A stretch of 64,000 nt of DNA. It comes from Phaeosaccion multiseriatum (Eukaryota > Protista > Ochrophyta, other classes). Under the pieces are notes generated by a model that worked only from the letters and a program-made list of their open reading frames with translations, did not search any database and was not told the DNA's origin. The stretch lies in assembly GCA_965112735.1 (NCBI GenBank), contig OZ218954.1, positions 620,001 through 684,000 of the forward strand. The letters are read 5' to 3'. This document shows positions 39,701-51,500 of the stretch, in pieces (positions within the stretch are counted from its first letter, which is position 1; each line of letters starts with the position of its first letter). A program made the translations under genes and the position numbers.

Positions 39701-42700
39701 GGATGGGAGCCTTATGAAGGATGGACAGGACCCCAAGAGATGGCAGTGGATGGCAGTGAATGGGCGTGACTACATGGGGGAGGTAAATGGGATGGCAGTG
39801 GACGGTTCTGGATGTGAGGTTGGGGGGGTAGTATACGTGGGAGGTGGGTGGATGGCAGTGGATGGCAGTGCACCTACACACCTGATTGAGGGTTGCGGGG
39901 TCCAGCGTGTCAACATACTTGGTACCAATGTAAATGAGCAGCGCAGAGTTGATCATTCGAGCCACTGTGAGCTTGAGCATCATGCTGCTCTGTGTGTCTG
40001 TACGGGACTTGTGAGACTCCAGCATCAACGTCACGTTCTATTGTGGCCACACGTAGGCACACATAGGCACACACACGCACACACACACACACACACACGC
40101 ATGCACATACACGCACGCACACACACGCACACACACACGGGGAGGGAGGGGGGGTATATAGATGGATGGATACACAGAGACAGAGGGGAGAGAGAGAGAG
40201 GAGAGAAAGGTTAGGGCTAAGGTCTCGTACGCACACTGATCCACACAAACAAAAAGATACACAAGCACGCGGCAAAAGTCCCCCCCCTAAACCCCTTTAT
40301 ACTTCCCTTCTTATCCCCCCCCTTCCACCTCCCCCACCTCCTCCTCCTCCTCCTCCTCTCCGACCTCACCTTAATCACAATGGGAAGGCCAGCGTTAACG
40401 AGCGAGATGAACACCGCGGCTCCGGCGTTGGAGTCGTTGGGGATGGCGAGAGTCACAAAGAAGGACGCGAGAAGAAGGCAGCCGCAGACTGGGCCGGGGA
40501 GGGATGGCAGTGGATGGATGGGGTGGGATGGGATGGCAGTGGATGGAGTACGGTACAGAACAAAGGCCAAGAGGAGAAGAGTGAGAGAGGCAGAGAGAGA
40601 GAGGCAGGAGAGAGGTAGAGAGAGAGAGAGGCAGAGAGAGAGGCAGGGAGAGGAGAATCGGCAAGTGAGTGGGGGCAAGCCGCACTAGCGCTGAGGGAGT
40701 GAGACATACACAGGCACACAGAAAAGAGGCAACGAGGGAGAACGGTGCAGAGAGAGAGAAAAAAAGCGAGCAAGGGAGCGAGAGAAGGGAGAGAAAGGGA
40801 CAGAGAAAGAGAGAGACCCACGGAAAGACACACAGAGATAGAGTGTGCATACGTGCGCGTGTTGGTTGTACACACCGAAGAGGCTGGCTAAGAACCACAT
40901 GAGGCGGTGCGTCTTGGAGAGATGGAGGTTCTCCCACACCATGGAGTTGGGCTCCTGCGCCTCTGTGATGTTCAGCACCTGTTGGTGATTCGGGGGGTGG
41001 TGATTCAATCCAAATGGCATGGCACACGACGGATGGCAGTGGATGGACGAAGGCGAATAGTTTTTTGAGTGAGTGAGTTTACTCGAGGTCGAGAGAGAGA
41101 GATAGACCGCCGGGGGGGGGTGGAAGAGAGGGAGAGAAAGAGAGGGGAAGAGAGAGATGGAGAGATGGAGAGGGTGAGAGAGGGGGAGAGAGAGAGGGAG
41201 AGAGCGAGAGGGAGAGAGAGAAAGAGAGAGAGGGAGAGAGAGAGCCCTTCTCACCTTGCCCTCGAACACGCTTTTGGTGTTGCTCTCGCGATGCTTGTTG
41301 AACTTCTCCTCCAGAATGCCTGGCAGGGAGGGAGGGAGGCGGGGAGGGAGGGAGGGAGGGAAGGAGGGTGGGAGGGAGGGAGGGAGGGAGGGAGGGAGGG
41401 ACGGAGGGATGGATGGAGGGAGGGAGGGAGGGAGCAAGGAAGGAAGGAAGGGAGGCAGGGGGTAATGAAGGAAGGTATCTTGGTGGGCCCCGTCTCAGGC
41501 AGGATTGAGGCAAAGCAAAGGTAAGACCTTCAATTCGTACAAAAAAAGGCACAGAGGCAGGCAGGCAGGCAGACAGGTCGACATACACACAGACAGACAG
41601 ACAGACACACAGATAGACAGACAGACAGACAGACAGGTAGGTAGGTTCGGACCTGACACCCATCCGCCCTTCAATCTCTGAGGCAGCGGCGCTAGAAGAC
41701 CTCCCTGTCCTGACACCCATTACTCTGTCCTGACACCCATTACTCTGTCCTGACACCCGTTACTCTGTCCTGACACCCATTACTCTGTCCTGACACCCAT
41801 TACTGTCCTGACACCCATTACTCTGTCCTGACACCCATTACTCTGTCCTGACACCCACCCGTCTCGCAGTCTCTGATGCAGCGGCGCTGAGACACCTCCT
41901 TGTTGAAGGTGATGCACACACGCCTGGGGGAGTAGTCCTGTGTTTTCAGGCCCTGGGGATGGCAGTGGATGGGAGGGGGGATCGGAGGGGGGATGGGAGG
42001 GGGATGGCAGTGGATGGGAGAGGACGGCAGTTTATGGGGAATGATGTGATAGAGGATGGCAGTTGATGGAGGTTGCGGGATGCTACAGCTGGCGACGGAG
42101 AGTGGGGTGGCCGCGGATGGGAGAGGATGGCAGTGGATGGTATATGGGGGGGGGGGGGTCGGGGAGGGGGGAGAACGCTACAAGGGAAACGCACGTAGCG
42201 TAACGTTTACGTACTACACACGCACGTACGTACTGCTTACGTAATGCTACCGTACGTACCACGATCCTGGCCTCGACGACCTTCAAGGCCCCCTCCAGAT
42301 ACTCCACATTTTCAAAGTAACCGAAGGGCTGAAGCCTTCGCTTCCACATTGGCATGAGAGCTTGCGTTTCGCTCACTTGCAGGAACCGCTCCACACGGCT
42401 CTTCTTCGCCTTCGCGACCTGGAGTGGGTGTCAGGACCGTGGGTGGGTGGGTGTCAGGACAGTAGGTGGGTGGGTGTCGGGACAGTGGGTGGGTGTCAGG
42501 ACAGTGAGTGGGTGTCAGGACAGTGGAGTGTCAGGACAGTGAGTGGGTGGGTGTCAGGACAGTGGGTGGGTGGTGTCAGGACAGTGGGTGGGTGCGTGTC
42601 AGGACAGTGGGTGGTGGCAGGACAGTGGGTATCGGGAAAAATGGTGTCAGGACCGTGAGTAACCCCACCCACCTTCTCTGCCTCCCTGTCCGTCACGGTC

Positions 42701-45700
42701 CGCAGTGACACGGCCTCTCCAGGGCGTGGAGCCAGAGTACCGTCACGGCTGCCGAAGGAGGGAGGGAGGGAGGGAGCGAGGGAGGGAGGGAGGGAGGGAG
42801 GGAGGGCGGGAGGGAGGGAGGGAGAGAGAGAGAGCGGGAGGGAGGGAGAGCGGGAGAGAAGGGGGGGGTGGTAGGAGAGGGAGAGAGCGAGAGGGGACAT
42901 GAGAGAGGAAAGAGAGAGCAAGAGAGATACAGAGAGAGAGAGGAGAGAGAGAGAAGAGGGTCAGTGGGACACACAATGAGGGAGGGAGGGAGAGACAGTG
43001 GGACACACAAACAAGGGAGGACGAGAGAGGTACACACATACAGAGAGACACACAGAGCAAGGGAGAGCGAGAAAGACGTGCGGGAGAGGGTCACCCCACT
43101 ACGGCTGTGAGAAACCAACAATTAAGTCAGTGAGACACCCACCCTACCCATATACCTGGCCTTGGCTCGGTTGAGGAACGCCTTCATGCTGATGAGCTTG
43201 TGCTCGATCACTCTCTTACGGGCAAGGGCCTAAGAAGGCAAAACATGCAGGGGCATGCGGGAGGGTAGGGAAATAGAAGCATATGGGAGAGAATTGGAAG
43301 CATATGGGAGAGAATTAGAGGATCACTCGCTTACGGGCAAGGGCCTAACAAGGCAATTTGCAGGGGCATACGGGAGGGAAGGGAAGGGAATTAGAAGCAT
43401 ATGGGAGAGAATTAGGGCACACGGTGAACCAGAGGCCTCTTGCCGCCCCTCCCCCCCGCCCTCCCCAGGCCACGCGAATGCACGCACGCACACACGCACG
43501 CACGCACTTTGATCAACTCTCCGTTGTTCAGCGCGATGGTCACAAACACGATTTCACCTGGGATGGCAGTGGATGGGATGGTGGTGGATGGGATGGTAGT
43601 GGATGGGATGGGAGTGGATGGAAGTGGCCGTGAACGGTTACAGATAAAAATGGTGTCAGGACAGAGGGTAGGTGGGTGCTGGGGAGGAGGGGGGTGGGGC
43701 GAGGGACGTCGGCTGCGATTGAGCAAGCAAGGAAAGCAGAAAGGCAAATGTAGTGAAAGAGTGGATGGATGGATGGATGGATGGATGGCAGTGGACGGAT
43801 GGCAGTGGATGGCTCACGCAAACGTCCTATCGTAACCCCCCGAAACGGAACCATTGACGGAACATACCAAACTGCTCGAAGTGCTTCTTGTACTTGTCGG
43901 GGTCAATAATGTCGACGGGGGGGTTGTGAATGGTCACAGAGTAATCCTGGGGGGTCTGAGGGTGGGTGGGTGTCAGGACAGAGAGTGGGTGGGCGTCAGG
44001 ACAGAGGGTGGGCGGGTGTCAGGACAGAGGGTGGGTGGGTGTCAGGACAGGGGGTGGGTGGGTGGGTGGGTATGAGTGGGTGGGTGGTGGGTTGTGTTGG
44101 TTGGTGGGGAGACAAGAGGAGAAGAGAGGAGAGGAGAGAAGGAAACGCTGGGCCATGACCCTAACCCTGACCCCAAGGCTTCGCGCCACACGTAGACACG
44201 CACACACAAACACCCACACGCACACAAATACCTCTTAATGTAGATACATACTACCACTATGAAGCCCAAACAATAATACCCAAACACGAGGAGAGAAGGT
44301 ATGTCCATATGACCCTATTGTAAGGAGAGACACCTCCTTCTTGTACAATGTACCTGCTGCGCCAAGTCGATGGCCTCAACGGCGACGCTCTCCGCCTTTC
44401 GAGCTGTGAAGATGAAGCCGAGCAGGATCACGCTGACAAAGATGTCTGTTTTGAGGGATGGCAGTGGATGGGGATGACAGCGTTTTCATTTTACTAAGTA
44501 CATACTATTATTCAAATACCCCTATAGCCCCCCCCCCCGATGCGCTCAATGTGTCCCACACATGCTCTACATACACGTGTATAGACCATCCCCGCCCATC
44601 CACAAACACACACACACACACGCCAACCCCACCTACCGCAGAGACAAGAACGAACAACATAGACAGACTTAAGCACCCCTAACGTACAGACGCCCTCCCC
44701 CCCCCCCAACGCACCCACCTGGGATGCCGTTCTTCTTCATCGACAAATCGTCCCGCGTCGCTCCTACCACCGTGCCCTGGGGATAAGATTCAGTTTCAGT
44801 TTCAGGTGCTGAGATTAAGTTTCAGTTTCAGTTTCAGGTGTTGTACCCACGGGATCGGAATAGATAGATACATGGACGGTGTGGAAACGCGTCGGTTTCC
44901 CCTCCGTCTCCCTCTCCCTCCCTCCCTCACTCCGTCCGTCCGCCCCTCTTTCCCTCCCTCCCTCCCTCCGTCCGTCCCTCCCTCCCCAACCTGGATGAGC
45001 GTGTCCGTGTCCTCGGGATTGAACCCCGTGTTATACGCTATGGACGCAAGGTAGATGACCCCACAAAACAGCGAGAGAGCCCCTAAAAACACAAGCTGAC
45101 GAAAGTAGAGGGCAATGCCAATGCCGAACTCGTCAAGCGTTTTGATGCCACTCGACCACGTGTGGTATGGTTCCGCGACCTGGTGTCAGGACAGTGGGTA
45201 GATGGGTGTCAGGACAGTGGATGGGTGGGTGTCAGGACAGTGGGTAGATGGGTGTCAGGACAGTGGGTAGGTGGGTGTCAGGAGAGTGGGCGGGTGAGTA
45301 TGAGGACAGTAAGTGAGTGGTGTCAGGACAGTAAGTGAGTGTCAGGACAGTACGCTTCCACCTCATACCCACACCCATACGCTTCCACCTCATACCCACG
45401 CTCCTTCCCTCCCTCCCTCCCCTTCCCTCCTCTCCCCTCCCCCCCTCTCCTCTCCTCTCCCCTCCCTTCCCTTCCCTTCCCTTCCCCTCCCCTACTCCCC
45501 TCTCCTCCCCTCCACCCCCCTCCCTCCCCTCTCCCTTCCCTCCCCATGCCCTACTCCGTACTCCCCTTCCCTACCCACTTACGTTTCCAGCCGAGTCCCT
45601 CTTCTCTCCAGGCCTTGCCAAGCGGTATTGCGTGACGTGAGTGGACATTCCCTCTACACCATCTGGGATCCTATGGGGACGATTGTCACGCTGAGAGAGA

Positions 45701-45703
45701 GAT

Positions 45704-45758
<55 letters not shown>

Positions 45759-46431
45759 AAGGGAAAGAGGGGGTGGAGGGAGAGAGGGGAAAGAGGGGGT
45801 GGAGGGAGAGAGAGAAATAAATGTAGGGCACACGGGCAGAGCGATGGAAGGGAGATTTTGGGTGGGCAGCTGGAAAGGAGGTTCTCCTCTCTCGTTTGGT
45901 ACGTCATGTACTGGCCCGAGTGCGCTCTGCTTCCCTGCCTCCTGTGTAGGCTTGGCTCAGGATTGGTTCTGGTTCTTGCATGTGAAATGTGTGTGTGTGT
46001 TTTCTTCTCTCTTTGTCTCATCTCTCCACCCCTCTCTCCCTCCCCGACCCTCTCTGTCCCTCCCTCACCATGAACTGCTCCGCTTGCTCAATCTCGGGCG
46101 GATGGTAGCCCGGCGGTGGGGGCTCATCGTCCGGCGCACCATCCACCCCCCCGCGCGGACTCACTGGAGGGGGAGGTAGATCCTCCTCCCCGGCCTGCAC
46201 CCCATGGTATTGATGACCGCTGTGACTCTTGCTGTGACTCCGGCCGCGGGAGGTAGAGGCCGTCGGACCTGAGTGGCGCTGGTTCAGTTGGACGTTCATG
46301 AATGAGCCTCTTTGCGATCCATAGAACCCACCATCTGCCGCGGAGGAGGAAGGCATGCCTCGCGAACGAGGAGCGGGCGTTTCCACTTCCCCGTCATTGT
46401 CCTCCGGCTCTCCCTGAGAGTGGTGGGACAT
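30089..46431 (-). CDS. OSCA/TMEM63(CSC1)/TMC-like multi-pass channel with a C-terminal array of eight WW domains
   Basis: Channel motifs [15 protein letters not shown] (45179-44991), [13 protein letters not shown] (~43950), [13 protein letters not shown] (~40950), [21 protein letters not shown] (~38480), [14 protein letters not shown] (~37950). In-phase linker exons 36297-36170, 35915-35837, 35352-35242, 34873-34797 lead into WW-coding exons 34138-30089 with no stop codon found. Confidence 0.75.
35530..35815. repeat. Intronic ~23-bp minisatellite (ctgtcctgacacccacccaccca)n, member of a dispersed TGTCCTGACAC family
   Basis: About 12 units. Related arrays at 20545-20605, 41705-41855, 42430-42650, 43970-44050, 45184-45350, 57270-57385, 61755-61835. 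Confidence 0.9.
39209..39600 (-). repeat. 138-bp tandem triplication of a splice acceptor plus exon start ([18 protein letters not shown])
   Basis: gagcacacggagcacaggggtggtgaaggcatccgcaatgaggatggacatgacctgaagagatgg begins at 39252, 39390 and 39528. Confidence 0.95.
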
Positions 46432-47402
46432 CCTCTTCTTCTTCCTCCCCCTGCTGATGCTGCTGCTGCTACTACAGCTGCTGCTACTGCTGCTAGTGCT
46501 GCTTGCCGCTGCTATAAAGCGATCAGTTACTGCTGTTGATGGTGTTTGCTCAAGAGAACACGCTTATTTTCTAGTTGCAAGTCTACAGCAGGGAGCACAG
46601 AACTTAGACAGAGAGGCAGCCGGACCCAGTACCAAAGGGCACTGAGCGGGGTATGAAAGCAGCAAGCTGCGAATACGTCGTATTGTCTATCTATCACCTC
46701 TCCTTGTGGAGTTGACGAATCCATGCCAGGAAAACTCAAATTCTCGTCAATCTGTGAGTACCAGTGTGACCCGTCGTTCCCTCCTTCCCTCCGTTCTGCT
46801 CTCACCTCTTGCAGTAAAGGGCAGAGGGAAAGTGTAGTGACCATGGTCATCCACACTCTGCGTGTACGATGCAGCCACAGAAGTTCGAGGAGCGAGGACC
46901 GCCCGGAAGAGCATTTTAGGCTCTCCATGTTGACGCTAAGTGATTCCTAGTAAGTCAATAAATGTATTATACTCTCATGGCAGGGAGCAGTCCCGCGCAA
47001 AGAGACTGTGCTTTCATCGATACTCTCGTTAGGCAGTACAGGGCCTCGCTCGGACATCGTCGTGCTTATCGTGCAGGAGAATCTCAAGCCTCGGTGAGCG
47101 CCCTTGTGCTCTTTGGGCCTGGCGGGGTTGAGTGGTCTTTGTCTTTGTCTTTGCGGCGCTGTGAGTCCCTCTATCCCACTGCGAATGTGCTAAGCCCTCT
47201 CCTCCCCCTCATGCTTTGCTTGATAACGATGAGGCAAGGCGGCAAGAGGGGGGGCGTAGTCATGAGTGGCTGTGGCTGCGGGGGAGAGGGTGGGTGAGTG
47301 AATGAATGGGGTAGTAGATGAGGGGAGCAATGAAAGGGCAACCTCATGTTGGAAACCCATGTTCCAGTACCAGTGTCTTGGGCCCACAGCAGCAGAAGCA
47401 GC

Positions 47403-47800
47403 AGGAGGAGGAGGAGGAGGAGGAGGAGGAGGAGGAGGAGGAGGAGGAGGAGGAGGAGGAGGAGGAGGAGGAGGAGGAGGAGGAGGAGGAGGAGGAGGAG
47501 GAGGAGGAGGAGGAGGAGGAGGAGGAGGAGGAGGAGGAGGAGGAGGAGGAGGAGGAGGAGGAGGAGGAGGAGGAGGAGGAGGAGGAGGAGGAGGAGGAGG
47601 AGGAGGAGGAGGAGGAGGAGGAGGAGGAGGAGGAGGAGGAGGAGGAGGAGGAGGAGGAGGAGGAGGAGGAGGAGGAGGAGGAGGAGGAGGAGGAGGAGGA
47701 GGAGGAGGAGGAGGAGGAGGAGGAGGAGGAGGAAGAGGAGGAGGAGGAGGAGGAAGAGCAGCAGGAGGAGGAGGAGGAGGAGGAGGAGGAGGAGGAGGAG
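47403..47800 (+). repeat. Long (GGA)n microsatellite
   Basis: ~400 bp nearly pure GGA, intergenic. Confidence 0.95.
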
Positions 47801-48564
47801 AGGAGGAGCAGCAGGAGGAGAGGATGATGATGGTCTTGCTTGTAAACTGCTCACGCACTCCGAAATCAGTTCTCGAAGATGTCTATATTTCATGTAGGAC
47901 GGCAGGTATAAATATATGAGGAAAGCGTTTCTGCCCGCTTGGGTTTGTGAGGCTGGGCAAGAAACCCGTAGGAGGGCGTGCTGCTCACATGTGATGATAA
48001 GATGCTCTGAAGTGCTCTGCCTGCACTGTCTCGTGGGGGTTCGGCGGAGGGTTGTAGGTCCCTGTCTGTTGCCGAACCCAATGTCGATTTCGGATACCGA
48101 CCTCGGCCTCGCTATCGATTTCGGATATCGACATTGATATTGATGATATCGAGTCGATAGAGATAGAACAGGGACCTCCCCTCTTCCGCACCCAACATGG
48201 TGCATGGACGGGACAGAGGAAGCAAGAAGACAATGCTGTCTAAGGAGTAGAGCTACATGCAACACACTGAAAGACGCCTCACTGCCCCCCTCCTACTGCC
48301 ACCCACGGTCGTCCCCGGCCCCACCCCGATGGGTTACGGTTTCATTTTGGTCCGACGGTGTCTGACGGGCTACGGTTTCATTTTGTTCCGACGGTTTCTT
48401 CCGCCCCCCGCTTGGGTTCGGCTTGGGTTCGGCAGCCCTCCCAGGTTCCGCTTTCCTAAGGACAGTACCTGCCGCCTTAGCCGCCAGTTTCATGCTTTCC
48501 TGCACACTTTCTCTCAGTTTGTGCTAAAGAGGAGAGAGCGAGCTGTTCACAGTGCTTGCGGGTT

Positions 48565-51500
48565 ATGAATGCGACAAAAGTGTTGAATGTGCTCAAAGGG
48601 CAGCGCAGAATACTCACCGCCTTCTTCCACGCCACGGGCGGACCCGATTGGGATAACCAGACAGTAAGGAACGAGAAGGACCTTCCTGTGTGGAAATGGT
48701 CCGGAGTGAGGGTAGAGAATGGCTATGTAGTGGAGCTTCAACTGCGATGGAAGAAACTCAAAGGTGAGAGAGACGTAGGTCTCTACAGTGTTCGGGAAGG
48801 ACGGAGCAGAGCCGAGCGAGAGAAAGCGTGAGCCAGCGGCATCTGACACAATCTTCCATTCGCGTTCCTTGAACTCAGTTTAAAGCGTTTCCCTCCCATC
48901 CTTAGGGAGCATTCCACCCGAGCTCGGAGCTCTGGAGAACCTTGTGGGACTGGCCCTCGACAGGAACGAGCTCACAGGTGCGCGAGCCCCTTCGCGTCCC
49001 TTCCCTTTCACTTGATATGAGTATGACCAAAAAAACTTTCCTTCAATACTCAGGGAGCATTCCACCCGAGCTTGGAAGTCTGGAGAAGCTTGTCTATTTG
49101 GACCTCTCTGACAACGAGCTCATTGGTAAGTGGCACGCGTACCCGTTCGCGTCCCTTGGACTCGATCTCAGTGTGACCAAATAACGTTCCCTCCGATACA
49201 TAGGTCCTATTCCCGCTGCCCTCATTGGGCGTTTGGGAATACAGATCACCAGTTACAGGTTCGAGGAGAATGCGTTGAGTCTTCCTGAAGACATCAACAC
49301 CCAAACACATCTGACCAAGCTCGATTTATCCCGTCAGGGCCTTGTAGGTAGGTGGGACGCGTCCCTTTGACTTGATATCACTCTGGCCAAAAGTCATTCC
49401 TCCAAGCTAACCCCAGCCAGGGAGCATTCCTCGCGAAATTGGAGGGCTGCGAGAACTTGCTTGAGAGTTTGCCCCTCTTTTGCAGCTACCTCAGTGGTAG
49501 ACTAAGTGTACACGTACCCGTCCGCGCCTCTATCAAATGACCGAAAGAACTCTCCTCCCATCCGCAGGGAGCATTCCCAAGGAGTTGGGAGGTCTTCAAA
49601 ACCTTCAGCAACTACGACTCCGCGAGAACAAGCTCACCGGTGAGTGGTACGCACACCGTTCGCGTCCCTTTCACTTGATATGAGTGTAAACACAAGAATT
49701 CCCCTCCCATCCTTAGGGAGCATTCCACCCGAGCTCGGAGCTCTGGAGAAGCTTGAAGAATTGGCCCTCAACGTGAACGAGCTCACAGGTGCGCGAACCC
49801 CTTCGCGTCCCTTCCCTTTCACTTGATATGAGTGTGACCAAAAAAACTTTCCTTCAATACTCAGGGAGCATTCCACCCGAGCTTGGAAGTCTGGAGAAGC
49901 TTGACTATTTGGACCTCTCCGACAACGAGCTCATTGGTAAGTGGCACCCGTACCCGTTCGCGTCCCTTGGACTCGATCTCAGTGTGACCAAATATCGTTC
50001 CCTCCGATACATAGGTCCTATTCCCGCTGCCCTCATTGGGCGTTTGGGAACCCAGATCACCATTTACGAGTTCACGAAGAGGAGAGGTTCATTTATAGCC
50101 GACAGCAATGCGTTAAGTCTTCCTGAAGACATCGGCACCCAGACACATCTGACTGAGCTCGATTTGTCCGATCAGGGCCTTGTAGGTAGGTGGGACGCGT
50201 CCCTTTGACTTGATATCAGTCTGGCCAAAAGTCATTGTTCCTCCCAGCCAACCCCAGCCAGGCAGGGAGCATTCCTCGCGAGATTGGAGGGCTGCGAGAA
50301 CTTGAGAGTCTGCCCAACACCCTCTTTTGCAGCCACCTCAGTGGTAGACTAAGTGTACACGTACCCGTCCGCGCCTCTATCAAATGACCGAAAGAACTCT
50401 CCTCCCATCTGCAGGAAACATTCCCAAGGAGTTGGGAGGTCTTCAAAACCTTCAGCAGCTACATCTCGGCCAGAACAGCCTCACGGGTGAGTGGTACGCG
50501 TACCCGTTCGCATCCCTTTCATTTGATACTAGTGTGACCGAAAGAACTTTCCTCCCATCTGCAGGAAACATTCCCAAGGAGTTGGGAGGTCTTCAAAACC
50601 TTCAGCAGCTACATCTCGGCCAGAACAGCCTCACGGGTGAGTGGTACGCGTACCCGTTCGCATCCCTTTCATTTGATACTAGTGTGACCGAAAGAACTCT
50701 CCTCCCATCTGCAGGAACCATTCCCAAGGAGTTGGGAGGTCTTCAAAACCTTCAGCAACTACGACTCAGCGAGAACGAGCTCACAGGTGAGTGGTAAGCG
50801 CACCCGTTCGCGTCTCTTTCACTTGATATGAGTATAACCAAAAGAATTTTCCTCCCATCCGCAGGGAGCATTCCACCCGAGCTTGGAAGTCTGGGGAAGC
50901 TCGAGGGTTTCGACTTCTCCAACAACAAGCTCACTGGTGCGTGGTAGGCGCACCCCTTCGCGTCCCTTTCAATGATATGAGTATAACCAAAAGAGCTCCT
51001 ATCCGCAGGGAGCATTCCACCCGAGCTTGGAAGTCTGGAGAAGCTCGAGATGTTGCACTTCTCCGACAACGAGCTCACCGGTGAGTGGTGCGCGAAGCGT
51101 TCGCTTCCATTTGTCTTGATACTCCCCGGAGGGTGTCGTGAACACGCATGGATGCGGAGGCCCTCTGTGCCTACTACTACCTGCTTGCTCTCATATCTGT
51201 GGGCCCTCTGTGCCTACTACCTGTTTGCTTTCATGTCTGCTGCCACGTACCCCAGTATACTTGTGCCCCATTTAACGTGACTCTGTCTCTCCTCATCGTT
51301 GCTTGTCTCGGGGGGTTGGAATGATTGGTCCGGCCTTGCTTACAGAGTTTCCGGCCGTGGTGGCAGAGAAGCTCGGACCTCTAAATTTGCTCGAGAGGCT
51401 TTCCACATCCGGCAACCCATGGTCTAGCCCCCCTGGGGATGTCGTGGCGCAAGGGTGGGAGGCGATCATGGCATGGTGGAGAGACATCGAGGCCTCGGGC

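Noticed and set aside
46527-47297. Short ORFs between the channel and ROCO genes
   Set aside because: No domain similarity or exon structure; probably promoter/UTR sequence.
47171-48265. Poly-Leu/Pro/Gly/Glu/Arg ORFs
   Set aside because: Translations of a (GGA)n microsatellite, open in all frames.
50384-50797. Unspliced 50-aa repeat protein
   Set aside because: The 78-nt introns are a multiple of three and happen to be stop-free. Homologous introns elsewhere in the array contain stops or are not multiples of three, so splicing is the better model.
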